Below the pieces are notes generated by a model that made no database searches, was not told where the DNA came from, and saw only the letters and a program-made list of their open reading frames with translations. 64,000 nt of DNA from an uncultured Acidobacteriota bacterium (GTDB lineage Bacteria > Acidobacteriota > UBA6911): the NCBI GenBank assembly GCA_963827655.1, contig CAWHCF010000049.1, forward strand, positions 418,682 to 482,681, read 5' to 3'. Shown here piece by piece: positions 1-10,834 of the stretch. Each line of letters starts with the position of its first letter. Position 1 is the first letter of the stretch. The translations under genes and the position numbers were made by a program.

Positions 1-1
1 G

Positions 2-130
2 ATGGCCTGGGTTCCCGCGGAGTTCGCCAAAGAGGGAACGCGGATTGAAGTCCACGTGGATGGCAGGCTGGGATCTGCGACGATCGTCGAAAAACCCTTC
101 TATGATCCTGATGGGTTACGGTTGAAATGA
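2..130 (+). CDS. C-terminal end of sarcosine oxidase alpha subunit / GcvT-family aminomethyltransferase (partial)
   Basis: Manual translation MAWVPAEFAKEGTRIEVHVDGRLGSATIVEKPFYDPDGLRLK*; PFYDPxG is the typical GcvT/SoxA C-terminus; stop overlaps next start (ATGA). Confidence 0.75.
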   Translation: MAWVPAEFAKEGTRIEVHVDGRLGSATIVEKPFYDPDGLRLK

Positions 131-852
131 ATGACATCTACAAGCTGACCCCTATCCATCACTGGCATCAGCAACATGGTGCCCGTTTCGTGCTGGAGGC
201 AGGGTGGAAGCGGGTCGAAAGCTACGGCAACCCGGAACAGGAGGTGTCGCAGGTTTCCACGGCGGCCGGCATCTGCGACGCCACCCCGCTGACCAAAATC
301 GATCTTCAAGGTAAGGATGCAGCCGCTTTCCTGGCCAGGCAGCTGCCTGGAGCCGCCATCCCCGCGTTGGGATTTCACAACCGCGTCCGCCTCTCCGGCG
401 ATGAGAAAGGCGGTGAACTTCAAGTTGCCCGCTTGAAGACCGAGCGTTTGCTGGTCTTTGGCCCTCCTGATGCACGGGATGTTTTAGTTCCACGCTTCGC
501 CGAGCGCGCTACTAGCCTGGAATGCTCGCACGTCACCGACTTGACCTCGGCCTTTGCTGCGATGCGTCTGGTCGGTCCTTCAAGCGCCGCCGTGCTGAAG
601 AAAATCTGCCCGCTTGATTTGGATCGACTGGCCTCTGGGCGGTGTGCCCAGGCGCCGGTTGCGCGAGTGGGGGCGGTGGTGCTGCGGGATGACCTCATGG
701 GATGGATGGGCTACCTGATCCTGGTTTCCAGGGACTATGGCGAATATGTCTGGAAAAGCATGCTGTCCGCCGGGGAAGGGCTTCATATGGGTTATTTCGG
801 TTTGACGGCGGAAAAGAGAGTGAAAAGTAAAAAAGTAAAAAGTGCTGAGTAG
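127..852 (+). CDS. Sarcosine oxidase gamma-like / aminomethyltransferase folate-binding protein
   Basis: TPIHHWH..GARF, ICDATPLTKIDLQGKDA, DLTSAFAAMRLVGP..LKKICPLDL motifs; operon context. Confidence 0.75.
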   Translation: MNDIYKLTPIHHWHQQHGARFVLEAGWKRVESYGNPEQEVSQVSTAAGICDATPLTKIDLQGKDAAAFLARQLPGAAIPALGFHNRVRLSGDEKGGELQVARLKTERLLVFGPPDARDVLVPRFAERATSLECSHVTDLTSAFAAMRLVGPSSAAVLKKICPLDLDRLASGRCAQAPVARVGAVVLRDDLMGWMGYLILVSRDYGEYVWKSMLSAGEGLHMGYFGLTAEKRVKSKKVKSAE

Positions 853-883
853 AAAGTGCTGAGGGGAAAGTAGGGAGGAAGCG

Positions 884-943
884 ATGGCGGAGAGAAAAAG
901 AGTCGAACGGTTTGAGGATTTGATTGCGTGGCAGAAGGCGCGC
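884..943 (+). pseudogene. N-terminal remnant of a four-helix-bundle (IVS-type) protein
   Basis: RBS GGAGG then MAERKRVERFEDLIAWQKAR, matching the FxDLxxWQKA family start; similarity ends after ~20 codons. Confidence 0.7.
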
Positions 944-1043
944 GTTGAGGCTCTCTGCCCTCAAGCGGAGGAGGTGAACATCGGTCGCTTAGCGTTTCTT
1001 TGTGTCTTTGTGTCTTGGAGGTTGTTTTTTCCGCCGAGCACTT

Positions 1044-2243
1044 ATGAATAGCGAACCCATGTGGCGCAAGGCACCGCTGCGAGATCGATATGATGTGGTT
1101 ATCGTCGGCGCCGGAGTGCATGGCCTGGCCATCGCATACTATCTCTGCAAACGCGGAATCAGAAATATCGCGGTCCTGGAGCGAGGGTACCTTGGCATCG
1201 GCAACAGCGGGCGAAACACGGCCATCCTGCGCTCGAACTACAGGACCCCGGAAGCTATTCCTTTCTACAACGAAAGTATCAAACGGTGGGAGGGCCTCTC
1301 GGCGGAACTGGAATTCAACCTGCTGTTTTCTCAGCAGGGCCACCTCACCCTCGCGCACACCGATTCGGCCCTGAACGGGCTCCGGGTGCGCGCCGACGCC
1401 AACCGGCTGCTTGGGGTCGACAGCTACCTCGTCGGTCCGCAGGAGATCAAGAGACTGGTACCGGCCATCGATATCAGTTCCCATGTGCGCTATCCCATTG
1501 AGGGCGGTCTGTATCATCCTCCGGGAGGAATCATCCGTCACGATGCGGTGGTGTGGGCTTACGCTCGGGCCGCCAGCCGGATGGGAGCCGAAATCCACAC
1601 CCATACCGAGGTCGTGGGAATCGGAAGAGGCAACAATCAAATCGAATCGGTTAAAACCAGTCGGGGGGACATCAACACGGGGGTCGTTGTCAATGCCACG
1701 TCGGGCTGGTGCACGACCGTGGCCCGGATGGCGGGCGTTTCCTTGCCGGTGACGTCGCACCCGCTGCAAGCCTGCGTCACGGAGACTCTCAACCCTTTTT
1801 TGAGCAAAGTGGTGGTTTCGGCAAACCTGCACGTTTACGTGAATCAGACCGATCGAGGCGAGGTGGTCCTTGGCTCTGAAATTGATCCCTATGCTTCTTA
1901 CAGCCAGCGTTCCACGCTTCCAACCCTGGAGATGATTGCTGCCCATACCCTGGATTTGTTTCCCTGTCTGCGTCACGTGTGCGTGATGCGCCAGTGGACC
2001 GGCGTGTGCGACATGACTCCGGATTTCAGCCCTATCATCGGGGAGGCGCCCGGCGTGAAAGGATTCATCCTGGATGTGGGCTGGGGGACTTACGGTTTCA
2101 AAAGCGGCCCGGTCGCCGGATATCGGGTCGCCGAGTTGATTGACACGGGGAAAACTCCCGACCTGATACGTCCGTTCGCGCTCTCCAGGTTCAGCGAAGA
2201 TCGACTGGTAGGCGAGAAAGCCGCGGCCGCGGTTTCTTCATGA
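1044..2243 (+). CDS. soxB: Sarcosine oxidase beta subunit family FAD-dependent oxidoreductase
   Basis: YDVVIVGAGVHGLA, GNSGRNTAILRSNY, RHDAVVWAYARAA, GWGTYGFK, C-terminal GEKAAAAV. Confidence 0.9.
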   Translation: MNSEPMWRKAPLRDRYDVVIVGAGVHGLAIAYYLCKRGIRNIAVLERGYLGIGNSGRNTAILRSNYRTPEAIPFYNESIKRWEGLSAELEFNLLFSQQGHLTLAHTDSALNGLRVRADANRLLGVDSYLVGPQEIKRLVPAIDISSHVRYPIEGGLYHPPGGIIRHDAVVWAYARAASRMGAEIHTHTEVVGIGRGNNQIESVKTSRGDINTGVVVNATSGWCTTVARMAGVSLPVTSHPLQACVTETLNPFLSKVVVSANLHVYVNQTDRGEVVLGSEIDPYASYSQRSTLPTLEMIAAHTLDLFPCLRHVCVMRQWTGVCDMTPDFSPIIGEAPGVKGFILDVGWGTYGFKSGPVAGYRVAELIDTGKTPDLIRPFALSRFSEDRLVGEKAAAAVSS

Positions 2244-2510
2244 CAAGAAAAATGGATCGGCGAGTCCTCGACGCCGCAGGTTCTCACCGGCGCAGCTCAT
2301 TCTGTCGCCGAGGAAATGTCGGTAACAATGGTGCCCCCCTGGTTCGGAGCTTCCGTCATCAATCGTGGTGAAGACCAATCCGGATTTTTTTGGTCGTCGC
2401 CGATTGTCCGAATCTGTCCGTCTGAAGCTCCCGCAACGGAGAGTGCGGCTATTTTTCGATCATTGAACCGGCAAAAGTGGGCTGCTCTTTCGAGCCAGCG
2501 ATCAAGATTT

Positions 2511-3086
2511 TCATGAGTTCTTAGACCCAGCCTCTCCACCGTCTTCAGGCGGATAATAATAATGAGGCACTGGGTCTAAACGCCGGAACAGGACCACGCC
2601 TCCCTCGAATGGCTCAGCGCGGAGCACGTCCTGCCGGTGGCGGGCCGCCTCGAGACCAGGCACGTCGTCCGCCACCAGCGTGATTCCGAACAAGGTATCG
2701 GCTTGGTACTCCTCGGGATCAATATCGGCTTCGGCCTCCTCATCGAAGAACACGTACTGCAGGTGGAGGCGCCGCAGGAGTTCTTCTCCGATGTGAATCA
2801 AGGTGCGCGTCAGTTCTTTCCGCCCATGCCGGTTCCCCACCGCCTCGAACAGTTCTTCGTCAATGTCCAGCGTAGAAGCGACCCATCCGTCCCGCTGGTA
2901 GGATCGGCAGGTCATCGGCAGGCCCTCCCCGACGAAGGAAAGAATCCACTGCCTCACTCGCATCCCATCCATCGAAACGCCGGCGTCGCCGGGATTCAGC
3001 CCGGCGTGTTCCAGAGCCTGATCCAAAGTGGCGGCATCCTCGAGCGATCCCGGCCAACCAAAGGCTAAGCTGACAAAGGCACCCAT
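2511..3086 (-). CDS. Putative immunity protein of the upstream toxin
   Basis: Acidic 191-aa ORF starting 3 bp after the toxin stop codon on the same strand. Confidence 0.6.
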   Translation of the reverse strand: MGAFVSLAFGWPGSLEDAATLDQALEHAGLNPGDAGVSMDGMRVRQWILSFVGEGLPMTCRSYQRDGWVASTLDIDEELFEAVGNRHGRKELTRTLIHIGEELLRRLHLQYVFFDEEAEADIDPEEYQADTLFGITLVADDVPGLEAARHRQDVLRAEPFEGGVVLFRRLDPVPHYYYPPEDGGEAGSKNS

Positions 3087-3089
3087 CGG

Positions 3090-5210
3090 CTACCTCACCC
3101 GGAAGTTCGAAGCGCCTGACGGTGGCGCAGTCAGTTTGACGCCGGCCAGTTTGTTGGCCGCATTGGTCCAGCCGCTAATGAAATTCCCCGAAAGATCGGT
3201 GACCACGATCTGATTCCCCTTAAAGGCATGCACGGCCCATGGAGAATTGTGATACGGACCGAGATAGACTTCATCGGCTTTGGCGACCACTTCGTCCACG
3301 GCGTTCTTAAACTGGGCATGGGCTGCCTTATCCGTCGCCTTCCACGACGTCGCGACACCGAAGTCGGCAGCATGTTTCCACTTCTTCTGGAGGCTCGACG
3401 CGGACATCGTCGTGGCCGTGAGCGCAGCGGCCTTGTCGAGATCGGCCTTGCCAACCTTTTGAAGCGCTTCGCCCCCATATTTGATCATCGCATCGGCGCC
3501 GTCCTGCGTGACGAGCTTGACGAAGTCATCCACGCCGACCTTGGCGATCGTGTCCTTGAGGGTCAGCCCGTGGAACGTCGTCGCGTCCATACTCTTGAAC
3601 AGGCGCTCGGTGACGCTGGCGCCTAGCTCTTTGGTCAGTTTCTCGACGACGTTCTGGCCCAATTCCTTGAGTAACTTGCCCGCGGCTTCCGCGCCAAACT
3701 TGTCTACAAGACCCTTGAGACCCGCCGCCGTCATGTCGGCGGTGAGATCGCCCACCGCTTTGGCTCCCATCTCCCGCGTCAGCGCCTGAACCGCGTCCAC
3801 GCCAAGCGTGTCCACAAGCTCCTTCAACCCCTTAGCTCCGAGGCGGTCGGTAAGTTCCTTGACGGCGTTCACTCCGAGCTTCTCTACGACGGTTTTGAGC
3901 GTCGCCGAGCCAAGCGTCTCGGCGAGTTGTTTCACGCCCTGGGTGCCGAGGTTATCTACGACTTGTTTCAAAGTTCGTGGGCTGAGCTCCTCGGCTAGTT
4001 CGGCTGTCAGCTTAGGGCCGAGTTCCTTCGCCAGCTTCTCGAAGCCTTCCTTGCCGAACTCTTTGATCATCTCGCGGGTAACCGTTTGCCGCTCAGGCGT
4101 ATCGTGACCTCCAACGCGGCGATCTTACCCGCGACCTTGCTACGCACCAGCTTGCTCAGCCACTTCACGCCCTTACCAATCCCCTTGGCGCCCTTGGCCA
4201 CATATTTCAGAAGGTTGCCCAGCCCTGGGATCGCGAAAATGCCGGAGATGATCCGGCCGACGATGCCGACTTTCTCCCCCGTAACGGGATTGACGCCGGT
4301 CACAGCAATGATGGCATCCTTCACATTGCTTACTCCCGGGGCGAAATCGGTCCCAGATCGGCGATGATTTCTCCGACATCGGTTTTATCCTCCTTCTCTC
4401 AGGTTTCTGCTCTCGCTCCTCTTCGGAAAGAGGCGGCGCCGAAGACAGCGGGGCGGGAAACATGTAGGGTTGTCCGGCGTTCTTGTCGGACCGGGGCGAG
4501 AAGACGTAAACGTCATAATCGAAGGGTTGCTTCAGCCAGAGCTTGGAGTCAGGCTCGCGCTCAGGGTGGTACCCGACGCGTTCCGCGAACGCGCGCGCGA
4601 CAATCCCTTTGGTGGGGTGCCGAAAGGCCGTGTAGGATGGGCGAATCGTGCCGCCCTTCACGTACTTGCGATAGACGAAACTCGCCGTGGTTTCCGCTAA
4701 GAGATCGCGATCAATCCCGGCGTTCTCGGCGATGATGGCGCGAACGAGCAGTGCGCCGGGCTTTGTGCTGTAGAACGTAGATCCAGCCCGGTGCCAGCGA
4801 TATCCAGGGAAGCTCTCCTCATCGATGGGGTCGGTTGCTTCGGTGGGAGATTTGTCATCAGGATGACGTTGAAGCGTGGGCGACGCCGTAGCTCCTATCT
4901 GGAGGCCTGCGTTGGCGGGCGCCTGGAGTAAACGCTGCATGTAGCGGTTGCCGTAATGCTGCTGCAGCCGCTCGGCCAGTGCGTGCTGCACTGGACGGCT
5001 GGCCGGGCTACCGCGTTGCCGGCCAGTGAGGAGGGAGCGGTGGCGTTCGACGGGCGGATTCGTCAGTCTTCCGCCGCCGTTCGTCTGCGTCGAAGCCGCA
5101 TCGGCCACGCGCTGTGCCGGTGTCAACTGCGGTTGTGGTGCGAGCTCCGGTTCGGTGGAGTGCTTAAGCTCTTCGGTTTTCTTACTCGTGGATTCTCTGC
5201 TCGCCGTCAT
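3090..5210 (-). CDS. Polymorphic toxin: LQxxxGNxxxQR leader, pre-toxin TG segment, helical repeats, C-terminal colicin-D-like tRNase domain (frameshifted)
   Basis: ORFs 4173-5210, 4067-4324 and 3090-4070 join across shifts near ~4400, ~4350, ~4075; DFAPGVSNVKDAIIAVTGVNPVTGEKV (PT-TG); SLQKKWKHAADFGV...GNFISGW (colicin D-like). Confidence 0.75.
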
Positions 5211-5911
5211 TGAGCGGATAGGTAGGGCAAGGAGCCTTTTTCGGGGGTAGTTCTGCGGCGGCTTTCCTCAACGGTTTCTGAGTTCAGCTAACTTCCGGCA
5301 GTTCCTGCACCGTTGCCAATCGGGCCGGAAGGGCTATCTTACCTCGATCGATGCCGACAACGGTGGAGTTTTCGCACACTCCGTCTTCCGGCGCGAGCTG
5401 CGGGCGCTACTCGAGGAGCAGCGAGCGAACCAGCGTGGTCCGAGGTCCGAGGGATCGGCCCTCCGAATGTACAGGACCTTCGGCACGTATACGACCTTCA
5501 GCGCTCATGGTTGTGAGCCCCAATTTTCCCGGCCTCAGTCCGGGTATAGCGAAGCAACGCCTGGGGCGGTAGCAAGCTTGCGCCTTGTGCCGCGGGCACC
5601 TTGCTGCCGCGAAATGACCAATCTCCAGGCGCGGGTCTGATCGGCGCCACACAAGCCAAAACGCTCCGGTCAATCGAGAACTGTTCACTGAATTGTTCAC
5701 ACTTCTCACAGACGGGCTAGTACGGTTGGCCCTTGTGGCTTTCCCCGTCTTCGTTCTCGGCCAGCGAGCACTGTCTGAATCTCAGGACTGTATTTGGTGG
5801 AGATAGATTTTCCTTTCGGGAATAATGCAAATCAGCCGCTTCCCGTGGGATCACCCGAACGAGGAATCACTGTCCCGACGGATCGCGCGGCGAAAATCTT
5901 GTTGATACTGG

Positions 5912-8296
5912 ATGAATCAAAGGGAGGTGGCCGTACCCATGCTTCGAATTCTACCGCTTCTTTTCCTTGTTTCCGCGGCGCTCGCCCAGACACCCGATCG
6001 CGCGCCGGCTTCCGACGAGTGGGGATACCGGCCGCTCGACGGTTCGATGGTCTCGCTGAACCCGCCTTCTTTGACCTGGGTACACGAACCCGAGAGCGCT
6101 TCGTACGTTCTCGAATGGTCACAGGACGCTGATTTCAAGGACGTCGCGACCGTGAAAGACCTGCCCTGGAGCGTCTACACGTACAACCAGCCGTTGTCAG
6201 CCGGAACGTATCACTGGCGCTACCGGATTATCAGGCGAAATGGCGACCCGTCACCGTGGAGCCGCATCCGGCGATTCACGGTGCCGGCTGACGCAGTGGT
6301 TTTTCCGCAGCCGAGCATGGATGAATTGCGCCGCAGGATTCCCAGCCAGCACCCGCGCGTATTCGTCACCCAGGGAGACCTTGTGCGCCTTCGGACGTGG
6401 GCGGAAGGCGAGGGCCAGCAAGCCTTCCAGAAGCTCCTGCGAAGGGCGGACGAACTGCTCGTCAGCGAGCCGACAGCCGAACCTTCCGTACGCGCCAGCG
6501 CGTCCGATCCGGCGACCAACCAGTTCTGGTGGTCCAATCGTCTCCAGGCGATCCGGGCTGCCCAGGAGGCCGAGGTCCTGTCATTCGTTTACCTTCTGAC
6601 TGGAAACGAAAAATACAAGGCGCCAACCCGGCGCCGGATTCTTGGTCTGGCCTCATGGGATCCTGATGGGCCGACCAACTGGAAGGTGAACTGCGAAGCC
6701 GCGAAACCCATGCTCCATCGCCTTGCGCGCGTCTATGACTGGGGATACGCAACACTCAGCGATGAGGAACGCCGGAGGGTGCAGGCGGTTCTGCTACGGC
6801 GGGCGATGGATGCGTGGAACAGCGGTGAAGTGAGACAGGGCGCCGGTCACCTGAACCAGCCCTACAACAGCCACGGCAACCGTACCTGGCACAAGCTCGC
6901 TGAAAACGCGCTCGCCACTTTCGGCGAAACGCCCGAGTCCGAGAAGTTTTTGCACTATGCGGTCTCGAAGTTTTTCGCCGCATACCCCGTTTGGGCCGAT
7001 GACGATGGCGGCTGGCACGAAGGCCTCAACTATTGGGCGGGCTACATGGCCAAGGCTACGTGGTGGTTGTCGCTGGCTAAAACAACGCTTGGTATCGACG
7101 GCTTCAAGAAACCATTCTTTACCCATTTCGCGGATTACGCGCTGTACACGGCTCCGCCGGGCTCGCCGAACATGGGCCTCGGTGACCTCGCCTACCGACC
7201 GCCTTCCCCTTCCTGGTCATTCCTCTATTACGTGATTCGCGAGACCCGGCAACCGTCTTGGGCCTGGTGGGCCGGGCAATGGAAGATCCAGACCGAGCCG
7301 GATGAACCGGTGCTTGCCTTCCTGTGGGGCGCCGCGCCGCCGGTCGAGCCTCGGACTCCCGCGGACCTGCCTTCGTCCAAGGTCTTTAGCGGCATCGGCG
7401 TCGCCATCTTGAACAGCACGCTCATCGACGCCGCTACCAATGTGCAGGTCCGCTTCAAGTCGAGTCCGTTTGGCAGCCGCAGCCATGGACTGGACCCCCA
7501 GAATTCTTTCACCTTCACAGCCTACGGAGAACCGCTCCTTGTCAACAATACGTATCGCGATTTGTACGGAAGTCCGTTTCATAAGGGTTGGTGCTGGACC
7601 ACCAGGGCTCATAATGCCGTGCTGGTGAATGGCGAGGGTCAAAAGTCCCGTTCGCCGGATCCGGCGGGCCGCATCGTTTCATGGAGTTTTCAGGACGGCC
7701 TGGACCACGTGGCAGGCGATGGAACCGCCTCTTATGAAGGCAGGCTAAAGCGCGCCGTGCGGCATGTTCTCTTCGTCAAGCCTGATCTGGCCATCATCGT
7801 TGACGATCTGGAAGCGCCACGGCCGAGCACGTTTCAGTGGATGCTGCACGGACTCAACCCCTTCAAGATTGATGAACAGGCCGCGCGTCTGGAGCGAAAC
7901 AACGCCAGCGTTCTGGTTGACTACGTCAGTTCCCAACCGCTCAGTCTCCGTCAGTGGACTGGTTACGACCCGCCGCCTGACGCGCGGTACCTCGCCTCCA
8001 TCAATCACCCGGGAATTCCGGAACAGTGGCACCTGGAAGCCGCCACATCTTCGCCTGCCGAACGCAGTTTCACCCTGACTGTGCTCCGTCCTTTTCGCCG
8101 CGATCAACCTCCGGCATCGAAAATCAAAGTGGAACAGAACGACACGGCAGTTCTGCTGCGGGTTCATGGTGATTCCGAAACTACGGTCGCGTTGCGCAAA
8201 CCCGGCGCCGCAAAAGCGCTGATCGGCAGTCTGTCATTTAGTGATTTCGCCCTCGTGCGCAAGGCCGCTCGGGAGTGGAGGGTGAAAGCGGAGTAG
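5912..8296 (+). CDS. DUF4962 / heparinase II/III-like polysaccharide lyase family protein
   Basis: Signal peptide, NPPSLTW, YNSHG, DGGWHEGLNYW, FKSSPFGSRSHG, TRAHNAVLVNGEGQ. Confidence 0.8.
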   Translation: MNQREVAVPMLRILPLLFLVSAALAQTPDRAPASDEWGYRPLDGSMVSLNPPSLTWVHEPESASYVLEWSQDADFKDVATVKDLPWSVYTYNQPLSAGTYHWRYRIIRRNGDPSPWSRIRRFTVPADAVVFPQPSMDELRRRIPSQHPRVFVTQGDLVRLRTWAEGEGQQAFQKLLRRADELLVSEPTAEPSVRASASDPATNQFWWSNRLQAIRAAQEAEVLSFVYLLTGNEKYKAPTRRRILGLASWDPDGPTNWKVNCEAAKPMLHRLARVYDWGYATLSDEERRRVQAVLLRRAMDAWNSGEVRQGAGHLNQPYNSHGNRTWHKLAENALATFGETPESEKFLHYAVSKFFAAYPVWADDDGGWHEGLNYWAGYMAKATWWLSLAKTTLGIDGFKKPFFTHFADYALYTAPPGSPNMGLGDLAYRPPSPSWSFLYYVIRETRQPSWAWWAGQWKIQTEPDEPVLAFLWGAAPPVEPRTPADLPSSKVFSGIGVAILNSTLIDAATNVQVRFKSSPFGSRSHGLDPQNSFTFTAYGEPLLVNNTYRDLYGSPFHKGWCWTTRAHNAVLVNGEGQKSRSPDPAGRIVSWSFQDGLDHVAGDGTASYEGRLKRAVRHVLFVKPDLAIIVDDLEAPRPSTFQWMLHGLNPFKIDEQAARLERNNASVLVDYVSSQPLSLRQWTGYDPPPDARYLASINHPGIPEQWHLEAATSSPAERSFTLTVLRPFRRDQPPASKIKVEQNDTAVLLRVHGDSETTVALRKPGAAKALIGSLSFSDFALVRKAAREWRVKAE

Positions 8297-8518
8297 CGCT
8301 GCGAAACAAATACCACCAGGATCCAAAGACACGCTAGCGCTTCTTCCGGTGCACCAACGACCCGGTTGCCGGCGCCAGGCCGAAATTCGTTTGTTCCGTG
8401 GCCGCCCGCGTGATAGAAACGGTTATCCTCGGCGAAGGCAGGAGAGAAATCAAACGTTGCAGGGCAACTATTGATGAATTGTCAGCCGCGGCACCGGTTA
8501 CGGGGAGGCAGCCGTTGT

Positions 8519-10204
8519 ATGGTCCTGCCCGTCATGCGAGGATTGTTGCCGCTGATCCCTATTCTCACGCTCCTTGCCTGGGCGGATCTTCCATCGCGCA
8601 GGCCTTTTCCGGGACAAACGCGCGTCAAGCTGGCGATTCGCACGCCGCAAGGAAAACCCACGGGCTTGCGTTTGCGCGTGACCGACGCCTCGGGAGCCTA
8701 CTTCGCGCCTCTCGGTCACGCTTCGATCGCAGAAAGCCGCCGGTCCGCCGGCGACGTACTTTTCGGCGACGGCAAGACCTCGCCTTTCGAGCTAGCCGCC
8801 CTGGTCTACGACGGCGCACAAATCGATCTTCCGCCCGGATCGTATAAATTTGCCGCCCGCAAGGGCTTCGAGTACGAGCCCGTCGACATGCAGGTCTCGA
8901 TCGGGACGGCGCCGGAGCAGACGGTGACGCTTCCCTTGCGGAAGTTCGCCGATTTCGAGGCGCAAGGCTGGTACCCGGGCGACACGCACATGCACTTTCC
9001 CGATCCATCCGGCATCCGCTACGAGATGGAGTGCGAGGGCCTGCGGGTTTGCAGCCTCCTCATTTATAAGAACGGCTACGCCCGCCCGCCTCGCCCCGGC
9101 GAGGGGGTGTTCCTGAACGTCGAGCACTTCACCGGCAAGTTGTCCCCCGTCTCGGACGCGGAGCATTTCGTGAAGGTGGGCGAAGAGTTTCGCAATGGCC
9201 TGTTGGCCCACCTCATCTTCCAGAACCTGAAGCAGATCGTCTGGCCGGTGTCGACCGGCGGCCTGCGTGAGAGCGGCACCGGAGGTTACGACTGGCCCTT
9301 GATGCTGGGCGCGTCCGACGACGCCCGCGCGCAGCGCGCGCTCGTCACCTGGGCGCACTGGCCCTACCCCAGCATGGAGGCGCCGCTAGACATCGCGCTC
9401 GGGCGCATCGACTCGCTGGACATCCTCACGACCGGCAATCCGTTCGAGCACCATCCCGAACTGGTCCAGATTTATAAGATGCACGGACCGAAAGCCTACA
9501 GCACGCCGCCCATCGAGATGTACTACCACTACCTCAACTGCGGCTTCCGCCTGGCCGTGTCGTCGGGTTCGGACAAGATGGCCCAGAACCCGCCCATGGG
9601 CAGCGCTCGGGTTTACGTCAAGACCAAGGGACGCCTCGACTACGATTCGTGGATCGAGGGCATCAGGGAGGGACGGACCTTCATCAGCAACTACCCCCTG
9701 CTCGAGATGTCCGTCGACGGAAAAATCGCCGGGGACACGCTGCGCCTTTCGCCGGGCAAGGCCAAGTTGCACGTACGCGCCCGCGCCCGCTCGATCGAGC
9801 CCTACGAGGTGCTGGAGATCATCGTCAACGGTGCCGTGGTGGCGAAGTCCACGCCCGGGGGCCCCGGCACCCGATACGAAGCGGCTCTCGATCAGGTGAT
9901 CGAAGTCGAACGCGGCGGCTGGATCGCGGCGCGGGCGCATGGACCGATGATGCTGCCTTACGGGGCCACCTGGTGGCAGATGCCGGTCTTCGCCCACACC
10001 TCGCCGATCTACCTCGACATGCCGGGTCGTCCGGCGATTGCGGAGAAATCGGCCGAGATTCTCCTCGAACAGCTGGGATATCTCGAGCGCTGGGCCAAGG
10101 AGAAGGCCAACTTTCCCACCGCCGATGCCCGCGCCCAGGCGCTCGACTACATCGCCCAGGCCACGAAGGTATACGAGGACGCGAAGGCCGGCTCGGGGAA
10201 GTAG
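8519..10204 (+). CDS. CehA/McbA-family (PHP-like) metallohydrolase
   Basis: GWYPGDTHMHF, WAHWPYP, YYHYLNCGFRLAVSSGSD, FAHTSPIY. Confidence 0.8.
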   Translation: MVLPVMRGLLPLIPILTLLAWADLPSRRPFPGQTRVKLAIRTPQGKPTGLRLRVTDASGAYFAPLGHASIAESRRSAGDVLFGDGKTSPFELAALVYDGAQIDLPPGSYKFAARKGFEYEPVDMQVSIGTAPEQTVTLPLRKFADFEAQGWYPGDTHMHFPDPSGIRYEMECEGLRVCSLLIYKNGYARPPRPGEGVFLNVEHFTGKLSPVSDAEHFVKVGEEFRNGLLAHLIFQNLKQIVWPVSTGGLRESGTGGYDWPLMLGASDDARAQRALVTWAHWPYPSMEAPLDIALGRIDSLDILTTGNPFEHHPELVQIYKMHGPKAYSTPPIEMYYHYLNCGFRLAVSSGSDKMAQNPPMGSARVYVKTKGRLDYDSWIEGIREGRTFISNYPLLEMSVDGKIAGDTLRLSPGKAKLHVRARARSIEPYEVLEIIVNGAVVAKSTPGGPGTRYEAALDQVIEVERGGWIAARAHGPMMLPYGATWWQMPVFAHTSPIYLDMPGRPAIAEKSAEILLEQLGYLERWAKEKANFPTADARAQALDYIAQATKVYEDAKAGSGK

Positions 10205-10834
10205 CTCACGGCCCCCTCCACCTCCACAAGCACGAGACCGCTTCAGTCAGAAAGGCCGATGATCACCTCTGCCGTGGCCTTCTAGGCGGCGCGAACGAGT
10301 ACTACCACCTCGTGGTCAATTCCCGACCAGTTGCGGCACGAGGAACTTGCCGGCCGCCCGCTGCCACCGCGACCAAGACTCTCATCGCGGCGGCTCCGCC
10401 AGGGGGCGGTCTGTCGCCAGCACGGGTGAAGCGGACGCCGGATGTTCATAGCAGCGGCCTGACTTCCTCGAATCGATCCGCCGACCTGCGCCCAAACAGG
10501 ACGGTCTCCATGCCGCGGCATGTAGATCGCTCGCCTTGCTGACTTCACTACGGTATCCGGAGCTGTGCGTGCTCAGAGCCTCAAGACGTCTAGATGTCAC
10601 TTCGTCTGCCTTGCCGAATGGACCGGCGGCAGGGCAAGAAACGTGTTGTTCGTTCCTCAGTTTCGGTTAAACTTGGTATTGCGCTGACAGACGCAGCGAC
10701 AACCGACCGAGCCACTGGCGTGGCGCATGTAAGTCCGGGACTTGATCAACTGCTGACAGGTACCAGGCAATGACGAGCGACCTTTTCACTCCATCATTTC
10801 CGCACCTATCAGCTTGCCTCCAATGAGGTGAGCC

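Noticed and set aside
792-1976. Long antisense ORFs (also 26081-27331, 30815-32281, 43899-44939, 53619-54785)
   Set aside because: Shadow frames of well-supported genes in GC-rich DNA.
2297-2539. 80-aa ORF as soxD or second immunity gene
   Set aside because: Wrong strand for soxD, no CPxCG motif, and no recognisable features.
5440-5710. Possible integrase relic (VQDLRHVY) and TGTTCAC repeats upstream of the toxin
   Set aside because: Match too short to support a call.
5794-5806. TGGTGGAGAT as a reversed tRNA/tmRNA 3' end
   Set aside because: No T-arm sequence follows.
10280-10390. Minus-strand NAD-dependent epimerase start (MRVLVA...HEVVVLVR)
   Set aside because: Needs several frameshifts over ~35 codons; at best an uninformative relic.
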